From NCBI GenBank assembly GCA_963793265.1, contig CAWBZI010000004.1:96001-160000 (forward strand): a stretch of 64,000 bases of DNA. The letters are read 5' to 3'. The notes beneath the pieces were generated by a model. The model had not been told where the DNA came from. It was given only the letters and a program-made list of their open reading frames with translations, and searched no databases. Source of the DNA: an uncultured cyanobacterium (GTDB taxonomy: Bacteria; Cyanobacteriota; Cyanobacteriia; Phormidesmidales; Phormidesmidaceae). Shown in pieces: positions 19,621 to 29,244 of the stretch (the first letter of the stretch is position 1; the number at the start of each line of letters is the position of its first letter). The position numbers and the translations under genes were made by a program.

Positions 19621-20800
19621 CGCGTTCTCATCTCTATCGAGCCGACACCCGCAGGCGCAAGCATGAGTCCTGGTCGATAGCGACTTCTTCACGATTGCAC
19701 CGCAGCTAGAACATGCCTGAGAGGTATAGGCAGGATTCACCGCAACTGTGATGCGCCCAAACACTTTCCCGTAGCGCTCTAGCCATGCTCTGAACTGATA
19801 CCAACCCGCGTCAGCTATCGACTTTGCTAAGCAATGGTTCTTCACCATGTTCCTGATGCTCAAGTCTTCGTAGGCGATGAGGTCGTTAGCTCTCACTACG
19901 CACCGCGCCAACTTTACGGCGTGGTCTTTACGCTGCCTACTCACTTTCAAATCAAACCGAGCGAGCTTGTTGATAGCCTTCTTGCGGTTGTTGCTCCCCT
20001 TCTTTGTTCTCGCTAGCCGACGCTGCAACGTGCGGCGCTTAGCTTGCGACTGGCGGTAGAAGCGTGGGTTCTTCTCCTTCTCACCATTGCTATCGGTATA
20101 GAACGATGCCAGGCCCACATCTAAGCCGATAGTTTTACCCGTTGCCTCAAGCGGTTCAGAACGGTCTATCTGTATGCAGAACTGGCAGTAGTAGCCATCA
20201 GCACGGCGCACTAAGCGCACCCGCTTAATTAGTTCAACCGGGTAGTGCGCTAAGTCATGCGTACCCACCAGCTTCAAAAGGCCGATGCCTTTCTTATCGC
20301 TGAAGGTGATCCGCTTCGTACCTGTCAGCTTCCACCCTGACGTTTTGTACTCGACTGAGCGAGCAAACTTCTTGAACTTGGGGTAGCCAACGGGTTTGAT
20401 GCCTTGCTTGCAGTTCTCGTAGAACCGGCTAATAGCAGACCATGCGCGTTCTGCGCTGGCCTGACGCGCCATGCTGTTGAGTTCACCGGCAAAGTCAAAG
20501 TCTTTGGCTAAGACTGCGCACAGCTTATTGAGGTCATATTTACTGACCTTGGGATTGTCCATCCAGTGCCGTAACGCTTTGTTCTGAACAAACTGAGCGG
20601 TGCGGATAGCCTCGTCTATGGCAGCCAATTGGACAGGCTTTGCTTTAACCTTGAACGCTTGAATTAGCATGTTATTATTCTATCGCTCTCAGTACAACAA
20701 AGCTGTAAAGCCTTGTGAACACTGGCTGTTCGTTAACACTCACCTGAGAGATGCCGTCCTACATCCCACGGCTGAAGCACGTGGGTTTTGGCCCCTTCTC
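19446..20800 (-). mobile_element. IS200/IS605-family element without tnpA (IS1341-like, non-autonomous)
   Basis: Related subterminal hairpins at 19453-19475 and 20764-20785; right end ...GGGAGTGTCAA; TTTAA abuts the left end; only tnpB inside. Confidence 0.88.
19501..20670 (-). CDS. tnpB: RNA-guided endonuclease TnpB
   Basis: RuvC residues GLDVG / AYEDL / DRDENAA intact; zinc finger CSSC...CAC. Confidence 0.95.
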   Translation of the reverse strand: MLIQAFKVKAKPVQLAAIDEAIRTAQFVQNKALRHWMDNPKVSKYDLNKLCAVLAKDFDFAGELNSMARQASAERAWSAISRFYENCKQGIKPVGYPKFKKFARSVEYKTSGWKLTGTKRITFSDKKGIGLLKLVGTHDLAHYPVELIKRVRLVRRADGYYCQFCIQIDRSEPLEATGKTIGLDVGLASFYTDSNGEKEKNPRFYRQSQAKRRTLQRRLARTKKGSNNRKKAINKLARFDLKVSRQRKDHAVKLARCVVRANDLIAYEDLSIRNMVKNHCLAKSIADAGWYQFRAWLERYGKVFGRITVAVNPAYTSQACSSCGAIVKKSLSTRTHACACGCRLDRDENAALNILSAGIRTTGHVGTTLPVRVNASGEMTATQPCFGKA

Positions 20801-20825
20801 TTAAACTCTCTACGGTTCTATAAAC

Positions 20826-21659
20826 ATGACTGCTCAATCTTTAAACACATCCAGCTCAGATACACTTGCTGAGATTCAAAGACTAATTGAGGTGATTGCG
20901 CAGCTCCGTAACCCTGATGGGGGGTGTCCTTGGGATCTAGCCCAAACGCCGCAGACGCTGACGCCTTATGTGGTTGAAGAAGCTTATGAAGTCGTCGATG
21001 CGATTGAGTCGGGCGATAAAAAGGATATTGCTGAGGAACTGGGAGATTTGTTGTTGCAAGTTGTTCTTCAGGCGCAAATCTTTCAAGAACAAGGTGATTT
21101 TGATTTAGGCGATGTGGCTAGGGGTATTACTGAGAAGATGATTCGCCGTCATCCTCATGTATTTGCAGATGTGAAAGCGGAAACGGCGACGGCTGTGAAT
21201 GCAAACTGGGAACAGATTAAAGCGGCTGAAAAGGCCGATAGTGAAGACCCTAACAAGTTAGCGCCGAAGCTCAAGCGCTATGCTCGGTCGATGCCGCCTT
21301 TAGACGGGGCTATGAAGCTTTCTAGAAAAGCGGCTAGGGCTGGCTTTGAGTGGGAGAGTATTGAAGAGGTTTGGGAGAAGGTGGATGAGGAACTAGCTGA
21401 GTTTCGTCATGCTTTAGCGCACGAGTCGAAGGCGGCGCAAGAAGGTGAGCTAGGAGATGTGTTTTTCTCTTTGATTCAGGTGGCGCGGTGGAAGGGGTTA
21501 GACCCGGCAGCGGCGCTTAGGGGCACCAGTCGAAGGTTTGTGCAGCGATTTGAAGGGGTTGAGGCGCAGACGGATAGGCCGATGCATGAGTATAGTGCAG
21601 CGGCGCTGAATGCGTTTTGGAACAAGGCGAAGCAACAGCTTTTGCAGTCTGAAGAATAG
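20826..21659 (+). CDS. mazG: Nucleoside triphosphate pyrophosphohydrolase MazG
   Basis: GCPWDLAQT, EEAYEV, EELGDLL, RRHPHVF; second domain ELGDVFF. Confidence 0.95.
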   Translation: MTAQSLNTSSSDTLAEIQRLIEVIAQLRNPDGGCPWDLAQTPQTLTPYVVEEAYEVVDAIESGDKKDIAEELGDLLLQVVLQAQIFQEQGDFDLGDVARGITEKMIRRHPHVFADVKAETATAVNANWEQIKAAEKADSEDPNKLAPKLKRYARSMPPLDGAMKLSRKAARAGFEWESIEEVWEKVDEELAEFRHALAHESKAAQEGELGDVFFSLIQVARWKGLDPAAALRGTSRRFVQRFEGVEAQTDRPMHEYSAAALNAFWNKAKQQLLQSEE

Positions 21660-21667
21660 GTGAAATA

Positions 21668-21817
21668 TGACACCAAGTCCGAAGCGATACCCCTAATTAA
21701 AAGCCGTACCCTTGTGTAGGGGCGTAAGGCTTTACGCCGTCCGAGAATTTAAGGGTTCAAGCAGTCAAGATTTGGTATGAGGTGTCAGCCGGAGGGCATA
21801 AGACCTTATGCCCCTAC
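21668..21817. repeat. GTAG-type REP-like palindrome pair within a small dispersed repeat
   Basis: GTAGGGGCGTAAGGCTTTACGCC (21716-21738) and inverted GGGCATAAGACCTTATGCCCCTAC (21794-21817); flanking imperfect IR ACCAAGTC...GATTTGGT. Confidence 0.7.
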
Positions 21818-21862
21818 GATGCCCGCACAGTTGGTTCCGTAGCTGTGGTGCTCGTACGGCCT

Positions 21863-23830
21863 TTATTGAAGGACGGTTTGGCCTCGGTTGGAATCACGCT
21901 TTTCCTGCATTTTTCCTAAGTCGGGGCTGACGCTTGCACGAATAGTGATCGCGCTTATATTATCATGCCCGTTCACCTCATTGCCAAGCTTAATCAGCTC
22001 ATCTATGCCCGTCTCTATCTCTTTTGTTCCTCTCAAAATAGGGTCGAGATGGGTGAGCAAATAATCTTCTACTAGGTTGTTGTCGCTGAGTCCATCGGAG
22101 CACAGTAGCAGTAGCGTGTCTTCTGAAAAAGAGAGATAGGAGACGCTTGGCGCTAAGTCACTGCTGCCTCTAGGGCCGAGCGCCTGAGTAAGCTGATAGG
22201 CATCCGGCCTAGCGTAGGCAATTTCTTTAGGAATGCCGCGCTGTATCTCTCTTTGGCCTACTTCATGATCGGTCGTAATCTGCCTGAGCCCGACGCGCCT
22301 TGTGTGCTGATACAAACGGCTATCACCCACGTGTGCAACCACTGCCTCAGTGCCTTGCAACAATACGATAACAAGTGTCGTGCCCATCCGTTCGTGCCCG
22401 GCCCGAGATTCTTCTTCGTTAATTTTAAAAATAGCCTGATTAGCTAACTTGACTGCTTCTACTAATGTCTCTTTTGAAGGCAGCGGGCTGGGCTCAGCGC
22501 CGGGTAAAGGATGCGGCCAGTGCTCTGTAAAGTAGTCAGAAAGCGTTTTAGCCGCAAGCTGGCTGGCAATTTCGCCGCCATCATGACCGCCCATGCCGTC
22601 GCAAAGGATATAGAGAGAATGCGCCTGGGTGGTTTGGCCCTGATTATTGGCGTACTTTCGAGTGCTGCTCGAAATTAAAAAACAATCTTCGTTGTGATCT
22701 CGCTGACGGCCAACATCCGTACGACCTGCTGATTCAATACTGATGAGCTTCATGGGTAAAACCATCGTGGACTCATCGCTATCGCTGGACTCGTCGATAT
22801 CTGCTAGCAAAATATCGTCTTCTGAAGTGTCGGGCTCGCTATCGGTAGTCAGCGCGGTATCAGGATTAAGCGGGTTAGTGTCTTCCATCGGGTTTGAAGT
22901 TACAGAGGTTGAGCTAGCGGTGTTCAAGGTTCGATATCTGGGGGGAGTTGAGGCTGAAGGCGAACTAACAGGCGGGGTGATGGCTTCGGGGGTGCCTAGT
23001 AAATATTGTCCTATCGTAGCGAGTTCGGTTTGTAGCTGTTCTAGGGTTTGAGCTGAGGTAATGGTGAGGATTATTTTTCGCATCTGCCTGAGCGGCGCGA
23101 TGTTGCCTCGGTGGGGCTGAGCTAATAGGGACTGTAAAAAGGCTTTGAGTTCTAGAAAGGTGGGGCGATTGGCTTGGGGATTGGGGGGAATGAACTGGCG
23201 AATGCGGACGGACTGATCGTGGGTGATGTAGAGATTGTTGGCGAGTAGAAGGCTGGTGCGCCACTGAGGAATTGGGGCGATCGCAGCCCACAGATCAGTC
23301 AATATATAGAGCCAATAGACATGCTGTAGCGGATCTATGGCGGTAGAGAAGGCTTGAATGAGGGTGGATGTGTTGGCTGGTTCAGTGGATGTGATCAGAA
23401 CGGTGGTTTCATCAAACGTCCAAGCGTCATGGAGGGGTGGGATCGCGTTATTGAGCAGGAGATAGGGGTAGGCCGCTGCGGGCAAGTCAGGGGTGGACTG
23501 AAGGACTGATAGGGGCTGGGTGCTCAGGGTCGGTAGCTGCTGCTGTAGGGGCGATCGCAAGTCTGGCTGGGTATCACTTACTAGCGCGATACCCTGGCTT
23601 AACACGGTCAAAACTTCGTATCGTTCAGATCTTTTTGTTGGCCCTTGTTCGGCTTCTACTTCGGGGCCTACTTCGGGGCCTTCTAGGTAAGTTGCTGGGC
23701 TCAGAGCTAGCCGATCGGGTGGCACAATAATGGCCTGTAGCATCGGGCGACTTGATAGCGGTTCGCCGCACTGTTGGCAAAATTTATGACCCGCAGGGTT
23801 GGCGAACTGGCAGCTAGGGCAAATCAGCAT
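21863..23830 (-). CDS. PP2C-family Ser/Thr phosphatase with N-terminal zinc ribbon
   Basis: CPSC...CQQCG; GRQRDHNED, CDGMGGH, HVGDSR, CSDGL, GHDNIS. Confidence 0.92.
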   Translation of the reverse strand: MLICPSCQFANPAGHKFCQQCGEPLSSRPMLQAIIVPPDRLALSPATYLEGPEVGPEVEAEQGPTKRSERYEVLTVLSQGIALVSDTQPDLRSPLQQQLPTLSTQPLSVLQSTPDLPAAAYPYLLLNNAIPPLHDAWTFDETTVLITSTEPANTSTLIQAFSTAIDPLQHVYWLYILTDLWAAIAPIPQWRTSLLLANNLYITHDQSVRIRQFIPPNPQANRPTFLELKAFLQSLLAQPHRGNIAPLRQMRKIILTITSAQTLEQLQTELATIGQYLLGTPEAITPPVSSPSASTPPRYRTLNTASSTSVTSNPMEDTNPLNPDTALTTDSEPDTSEDDILLADIDESSDSDESTMVLPMKLISIESAGRTDVGRQRDHNEDCFLISSSTRKYANNQGQTTQAHSLYILCDGMGGHDGGEIASQLAAKTLSDYFTEHWPHPLPGAEPSPLPSKETLVEAVKLANQAIFKINEEESRAGHERMGTTLVIVLLQGTEAVVAHVGDSRLYQHTRRVGLRQITTDHEVGQREIQRGIPKEIAYARPDAYQLTQALGPRGSSDLAPSVSYLSFSEDTLLLLCSDGLSDNNLVEDYLLTHLDPILRGTKEIETGIDELIKLGNEVNGHDNISAITIRASVSPDLGKMQEKRDSNRGQTVLQ

Positions 23831-24042
23831 AGGGCTACTCTATAAGGGGCTGGCCAGCGTCTACTGAAAGAAGGCATCGAAGAAGTATCAGAAAAAGCAC
23901 GGTAGGACAGTTGCGGGCGGGCCTACGCAAAGGATTATGCCTGATTATGGGTCGTTGATTCATGATTACAGTCTTTGAGCCATCAATCTATGACTTTCTT
24001 CAATCAATGAGAACCTTGATTATCAATAGCGTTTTGACCACC

Positions 24043-24657
24043 CTAGCGCTTTGGTAGCGATCGCTGCTCCTGCTTACTCAGCTCGCGCCATTCTCCCGGC
24101 TGCAGCCCTTGCAGCGTCAGGACGCAATCTTCTGCTAAATACAGCGCACTCCTTACCAGTCGCAGCGTTGGAAAGCCTACAGCAGCGGTCATTCGACGTA
24201 CCTGCCGGTTTTTACCTTCGGTCAGCGTCATCTCTAGCCAGGCCGTAGGTACTTGCTTACGATAGCGAATGGGTGGGTTTCTGGGCGGCAAGTTGGGTTC
24301 GGCTATGGCTTTTACTTGAGCGGGGCGGGTGCGGTAGCCGCGAATGGTGACGCCTTGCTGAAGCTGAGCGATCGCTGCTGCATCGGGCTGACGTTCTACC
24401 TGCACCCAATACTGCCGCCTGTGCTCAAACTTCGGGTGGCTGAGCCGGTGCTGCACGGGGCCGTTGTTCGTAAGCAGTAAAAGCCCCTCGCTATCGCGAT
24501 CCAGGCGACCGACCGCATAGACATCAGGAACGCTTACAAAACTTTTAAGCGTGAGGCGTTCGGCTTTATCGCCTTTCAAAAAATCGGTCGAGCCCTCATC
24601 TGTGAACTGGCTCAGCACGTTATAAGGCTTGTAAAGCAACAGGTAGCGATAGATCAC
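24043..24657 (-). CDS. rluE: rRNA pseudouridine synthase (RluE/RsuA family)
   Basis: GRLDRDSEGLLLLT and EGKNRQVRRM. Confidence 0.85.
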   Translation of the reverse strand: MIYRYLLLYKPYNVLSQFTDEGSTDFLKGDKAERLTLKSFVSVPDVYAVGRLDRDSEGLLLLTNNGPVQHRLSHPKFEHRRQYWVQVERQPDAAAIAQLQQGVTIRGYRTRPAQVKAIAEPNLPPRNPPIRYRKQVPTAWLEMTLTEGKNRQVRRMTAAVGFPTLRLVRSALYLAEDCVLTLQGLQPGEWRELSKQEQRSLPKR

Positions 24658-24825
24658 GTAAGCAAACTTATAAATTCTTGAACTCTATTCATAAACCACC
24701 CCAAAACAAAAGGCAGTCGATATCCTATTAACTTGCCACCGGTATCACCTGCGGCACGCGACCTACTAAAAACATCTAAGCCCACTACTCGCACTATTAC
24801 TTAAGACGGAGCTGACGCTAGCGCT

Positions 24826-25140
24826 ATGGAAAAGGACAAAAAGTATCGGATGAACTGCACGCTTACGTTTGGTGACATTTACAGCCAAATTATCGTTTGG
24901 CTGATTGTGCTGTTTGTGAGCTTAGCAGCAGCACTCGGGCTCATGGGCGCAAGTCGTCCTATCTATGCGCTGGCTACAGTTGGCCTAATTCTGGTGCTAT
25001 CGCTACCGTTTTTACTCTTTGCCTTTGTCACTACCCTGCTCAATCACATTGAGTTCAATCAGGTGGATGCTTTTGCTGAGTCGGACGCTGACACCATGGT
25101 GACGGCTAAAGCTAAGCAGCTATCCAGGCAGGGTGCTTAA
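24826..25140 (+). CDS. Conserved cyanobacterial small membrane protein
   Basis: 104 aa, two TM helices, CTLTFGDIY motif. Confidence 0.75.
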   Translation: MEKDKKYRMNCTLTFGDIYSQIIVWLIVLFVSLAAALGLMGASRPIYALATVGLILVLSLPFLLFAFVTTLLNHIEFNQVDAFAESDADTMVTAKAKQLSRQGA

Positions 25141-25141
25141 G

Positions 25142-25179
25142 GTTTCAAGCCTAGCGTTTTTAGCATATGGGCTTGAAAC
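25142..25179. terminator. Hairpin between convergent genes
   Basis: GTTTCAAGCC...GGCTTGAAAC inverted repeat. Confidence 0.55.
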
Positions 25180-25198
25180 GCCAGGCTTTGCAGATTTC

Positions 25199-26098
25199 CT
25201 ACTCAGCCGGTGGCGCGACAGGTGACTCACCTGAAGGCGTCTCAGCCGGTTCAGAAGATTCAGCGTCTCCGGCGGGTGCCGGGGGCGCTGTTTTTTCGCG
25301 AATGAGCTGCTGTACGCCGTCTTTGTACTGCGTTGGCGCTAGGGCTAAGGCTTCATCGAACAGCGTTTGTGCGCCTGCATCGTCGCCGGTTTCTGTGAGC
25401 ACAAGAGCTTTGGCTAGCGTTGGGCGGAAGTCAGGCTGAGCGGGGGATGCGGTTTTGGCGTTCGCGATCGCCTCGTCATACATTTTCAGCGCTTCGTCAT
25501 ACTTCTTTTGCTCTACAAACACCTGCCCGAGCAGCAGCTTCACCGATAGCTGATCGACGCTGCCCGGCGAAAGCTCATTGGTTTGTTCGGCGGTGGCTAA
25601 TGTATCTCTTAACAGGCCCACAGCGGCTTCTGTACGCTCCTGGCTAATCAGCAAGGCAACTAGCCCTTCGAGCGCGGGCACGTTGCCTGGATTGCTAGTG
25701 AGCACCCGGCGATAAATCTGTGCGGCTCCCTCTAAGTCCTCTAGCTGCTGCTTGGTTTGAGCTAGGGCAATAGAATATTCCGGCGTGTTGGGATTGAGGT
25801 TAGCTAATCGCTCTAGAGGATCAACCGTTCCGGCCAAGTCGCCTAGCTGAATCTGGGCCTCAATAATGCCAATTAGCGCCGTTTGGTTGTCAGGTTCGCG
25901 CTCTAGCACGGCCTTATAGCCATCAATTCGGCCCTGTAGCTGCTGGGTTTGATCGGGGGTGTCTTGGGCAGTAGCAGCGCTGTTTCGGCCAGAAGAACGT
26001 CCACTGTTAAAAAGGCCAACAAAGCCCACCGCGACAAACGCTCCTACGGCCAGTATCAGCACGCCTCTTACTAGCCAGCTATCCTTCTTAAAAGCCAC
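25199..26098 (-). CDS. Tetratricopeptide repeat protein with N-terminal membrane anchor
   Basis: TPR-like helices (VLEREPDNQTAL, VLTSNPGNVPAL, YDEAL); GTG start. Confidence 0.85.
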   Translation of the reverse strand: MAFKKDSWLVRGVLILAVGAFVAVGFVGLFNSGRSSGRNSAATAQDTPDQTQQLQGRIDGYKAVLEREPDNQTALIGIIEAQIQLGDLAGTVDPLERLANLNPNTPEYSIALAQTKQQLEDLEGAAQIYRRVLTSNPGNVPALEGLVALLISQERTEAAVGLLRDTLATAEQTNELSPGSVDQLSVKLLLGQVFVEQKKYDEALKMYDEAIANAKTASPAQPDFRPTLAKALVLTETGDDAGAQTLFDEALALAPTQYKDGVQQLIREKTAPPAPAGDAESSEPAETPSGESPVAPPAE

Positions 26099-26617
26099 AA
26101 CGCTCTCCCAGTTTTGCTACGAGTTTTAATCATCAAAATATCTTGCTCATAGTAACCTTAACGCCCCCCTTATCAACGTTGGAATCGGCTTTAGGATGCT
26201 TTTGCAAGTGGCGGCCCAGTAGCGACTCAGCGACGATCTAGCCAAAAAAGTACGGATCTTCGGCTGTATGGATGAACTATTAGTCACGAGATTTGATGGG
26301 TTGAATCGAGGCTTTGACTGCGATAAAACTAATTTTTTTGATTTTTTTTGCAGCAGGTGTCCCTTTTTAACAAGAACCGTGAACTCTCAGTGATGAAGGT
26401 CAGCGGCCTACGTTAGCCTTGATGAGCGGCTTAGGGCATATGTCTTAGCTTTTATAAAAACTAACTATGAACCTTTTAAGAAAGTATCTGATGCCATAAA
26501 CCTAATTTGGTGCTGATGCTACTCTAGTTTTTAAGTCACTATCAAAGCCGTTATCTAATACCGTTTGTCGCTTTTCACATCAGAGTCGCAGGTACAGTTT
26601 CAGGAGTTTGAGGATTG

Positions 26618-27826
26618 ATGAGTTCTGCCGCTAGTCGCCCCCCTAAGTCTATAGGCCAATCAACGAGCCCATCGTTCGGCTCCTCGCTTGACCGCTCTTC
26701 ACAGCTGACTTCAGCCAAGTTAGCTGCCCCTGCATCTCAGCCAGCTAGCCCCTCCAGTGCAATGCCTGATTCAAATTCAAACCCCGCTCAGCAGGACAGC
26801 CCCCAAAATTCTCAGCAAGCAACGAGCGCTGGGTTGCGTAAGCCACCGAGTCGCCCGCAGCTAATGGGGCCTCCGTCTCGGCCTAAGCCGCCCGCGCCTG
26901 CCCCGGAGCCTACCCCAGTAGTCAGTGCCCCACCTGAGCCAGAAGTGCCTCAAAAGATCGGGCCTATTTCGGCACCCAGCGAGCGGATGCAGTATCGGGC
27001 GATTGGCCTACTCAAGGGGAAGTATGTCGCTTCAGAAGAGCAGTTTAACCGGGGTAATATTGCTATTGAAGATGGCACGCTGGTAGACGCGGTGCTTCTA
27101 GGCCGGGTGACGAGCCTGATTAAAAAGCATATTGATTTGGAGACGGAGCACCTGTGGGTGGTGTATCCGCGTACGCTATATGACGATGAGAACGTGCCAG
27201 CGCTGCACGTGCAGATTGTCGGCGTGTGGGAGCCTGAGACGCTGAATGCTCGGCATCAGGACGATGATGATAAGTCTGAGGTTAAAGACGATAAGTACCT
27301 GTCTACGACTGAGGCGACTGAGCAGTGCGATACGTTTTCGGTGCGCGGTGAAGTGGCGAAGTACGTGGAAGACAAGAACGAAATTGTCATCAATATTGTG
27401 CAAAAGAGCCGGTCTGAGACGGTTAAGCCTAAGCGTCCCTTTAAGCTATTGATTAGCGGTCAGCTCAATGGTCGAACGACGGGCTATTTTTGGGATTTGC
27501 AGGTGAAGCGTAAAGGCGGTCAGCTGATGCTGGTTGAGGCGACTCAGATTGCAGTGGTGCCCCCGAAGAAGAAGTCAGCTAAAGGCGGTCGTAAAGATGG
27601 CTCTAAGCGTCGTCCACCTGTAGGTAAGCCTCGTTCAGGTGCGCCTATCCCTAAGCCTGTGCCTAAGCCTAAGGTCGCAGCGGAGAAGGCGACTGCTGAA
27701 GTGGGATCTGAAGTGAAGGTTGATGAGGGTGCGATCGCTCAAACGCCTGCAACCGAAACCGCTCCAATTTCTGAGATAACTGTCTCTCCAACTTCTGAGA
27801 CGAATATCTCTTCAGAGTCGGCGTAG
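26618..27826 (+). CDS. Conserved cyanobacterial hypothetical protein
   Basis: Pro/Ser-rich N-terminus, core QYRAIGL...LWVVYPRT...GVWEPETL, Lys-rich C-terminus; start uncertain. Confidence 0.75.
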   Translation: MSSAASRPPKSIGQSTSPSFGSSLDRSSQLTSAKLAAPASQPASPSSAMPDSNSNPAQQDSPQNSQQATSAGLRKPPSRPQLMGPPSRPKPPAPAPEPTPVVSAPPEPEVPQKIGPISAPSERMQYRAIGLLKGKYVASEEQFNRGNIAIEDGTLVDAVLLGRVTSLIKKHIDLETEHLWVVYPRTLYDDENVPALHVQIVGVWEPETLNARHQDDDDKSEVKDDKYLSTTEATEQCDTFSVRGEVAKYVEDKNEIVINIVQKSRSETVKPKRPFKLLISGQLNGRTTGYFWDLQVKRKGGQLMLVEATQIAVVPPKKKSAKGGRKDGSKRRPPVGKPRSGAPIPKPVPKPKVAAEKATAEVGSEVKVDEGAIAQTPATETAPISEITVSPTSETNISSESA

Positions 27827-27844
27827 CTTGTAGCGAATATTACG

Positions 27845-29038
27845 CTAACGAATATCAAACTGTGGCCCCCAACTGTCTTGAGGCATGAATCGCGTGTCTT
27901 TAGGTAGGGCGGCAACGGCTTCAGTTAGCTCAAATTCGCCGTCATCAATTCGCTGCTTGAGGTCTAGCGCCACCTGCTGAGAGAGGTAGGTGCTAGAAAG
28001 TGGCGCGGTGCGGACGGTTTTGCCGTCGAGGGTGAGGGTGCCTGATTTTAGCTGGGCGTAGCTGACGAGGCCAAAGGTGGGGCGGACGCGGCGAGGGATG
28101 GAGAAGTCGATGACGGGGGCGACAAGATCCTGGTCGCTGATGGCGCAGCGGGTGAGCACGTCTTGGTTGAGGATGGGGATGGGGACGCCGATGCCGAGCA
28201 TGACGGAGGGGCCGTAGCCTTTGAAGTAGCAGCCGCGTACCCAATGGGCGTCCATGCGTTTGGCGTCACCAATGACGGCGAGGGTGGCGGCGGGGCCAAC
28301 GGGGGCACGGTTGGGGAGGCGGCGCTGAAGGGGGAAGTGCTGGGTGCCTTCCCAGGTGATGTAGCCTTCGCCGCCGCCGAGTAGAATGCGGGTGCCGATG
28401 CCGATGGTGTTGAGATCGGGGTCGTTGAGGAGCGGGGAGAGGGCTCCGCTGTTGGCGTAGACGGCGTTGCCGAGGCGAGGTTGTAAGGGGCCAAGGTAGG
28501 TAGATAGGGGGCGATCGCCTCCATTCACACCGACGATGAAGTTCTGATACAGGTTGCGTGGGTTGAAAAGGTAGAACTGATTGATGCGATCGCGCGTAAT
28601 CGTCGTATCCAGGCTGCTGCGCGGGTAGCAATCAGTCACCTGTCCAGTAGCCGTGAGCGTAACAGGCTTATCGGCAATCAAGTCAGCAATCACATGACCG
28701 CCGCCTCGTTCTTCGGTGTCGCTATCACGATTGCTATCAGGCGCGCGCGTCGCCATTTGCCCTGCGCCAATGTACAAATCCACTGCGCCAAAGCCTGCGT
28801 AGGCTAACACGCCATCTAAATGACACTCCACAATTTTGATGGGCGGATCGGTGTGGCCCAAATTGATGATGGCCCCAGAGCCTTCCATGGGCTCGAAGGT
28901 GCCGGTGGTGATCACATCGACGGTTTTGGCGGCTTGAGTAATGCCTAGCTCAGCAATTTGAGCTTTTGCTTCGGTGATTGTCCAAACGGTGACTTTGCCC
29001 TGGCGGATTTTGTCGTTAATGTCAGCGACGGTACGCAT
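27845..29038 (-). CDS. DUF39 / homocysteine biosynthesis protein homolog
   Basis: VDVITTGTF, GGGHVI, TDCYPR, NPRNLYQN, LGIGVPIP. Confidence 0.85.
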   Translation of the reverse strand: MRTVADINDKIRQGKVTVWTITEAKAQIAELGITQAAKTVDVITTGTFEPMEGSGAIINLGHTDPPIKIVECHLDGVLAYAGFGAVDLYIGAGQMATRAPDSNRDSDTEERGGGHVIADLIADKPVTLTATGQVTDCYPRSSLDTTITRDRINQFYLFNPRNLYQNFIVGVNGGDRPLSTYLGPLQPRLGNAVYANSGALSPLLNDPDLNTIGIGTRILLGGGEGYITWEGTQHFPLQRRLPNRAPVGPAATLAVIGDAKRMDAHWVRGCYFKGYGPSVMLGIGVPIPILNQDVLTRCAISDQDLVAPVIDFSIPRRVRPTFGLVSYAQLKSGTLTLDGKTVRTAPLSSTYLSQQVALDLKQRIDDGEFELTEAVAALPKDTRFMPQDSWGPQFDIR

Positions 29039-29045
29039 ACGCTAG

Positions 29046-29243
29046 CTACCTGGAACGGTTAAGAGCAAGAAGCCCTATGCCTAAGAGTATGCTGGGCAGC
29101 ACGACAATAGCAGTCACGAGGCCGTTAAGACTTGATGTGAAGGGGGCTTGAAACGGCAATAGCTGTCCGCCATATTTGATGAGAAGACTTAATGCTGCTG
29201 ACGCGACGGTGACTTTGATGATGAAGCTTATGGTGTCATTCAT
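29046..29243 (-). CDS. Small membrane hypothetical protein
   Basis: 65 aa, two TM, IKYGG motif; tightly packed in the operon. Confidence 0.7.
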   Translation of the reverse strand: MNDTISFIIKVTVASAALSLLIKYGGQLLPFQAPFTSSLNGLVTAIVVLPSILLGIGLLALNRSR

Positions 29244-29244
29244 A

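Noticed and set aside
26415..26440. Hammerhead ribozyme (TGATGAG)
   Set aside because: The core is not CUGAUGA and there is no properly placed GAAA or stem set.
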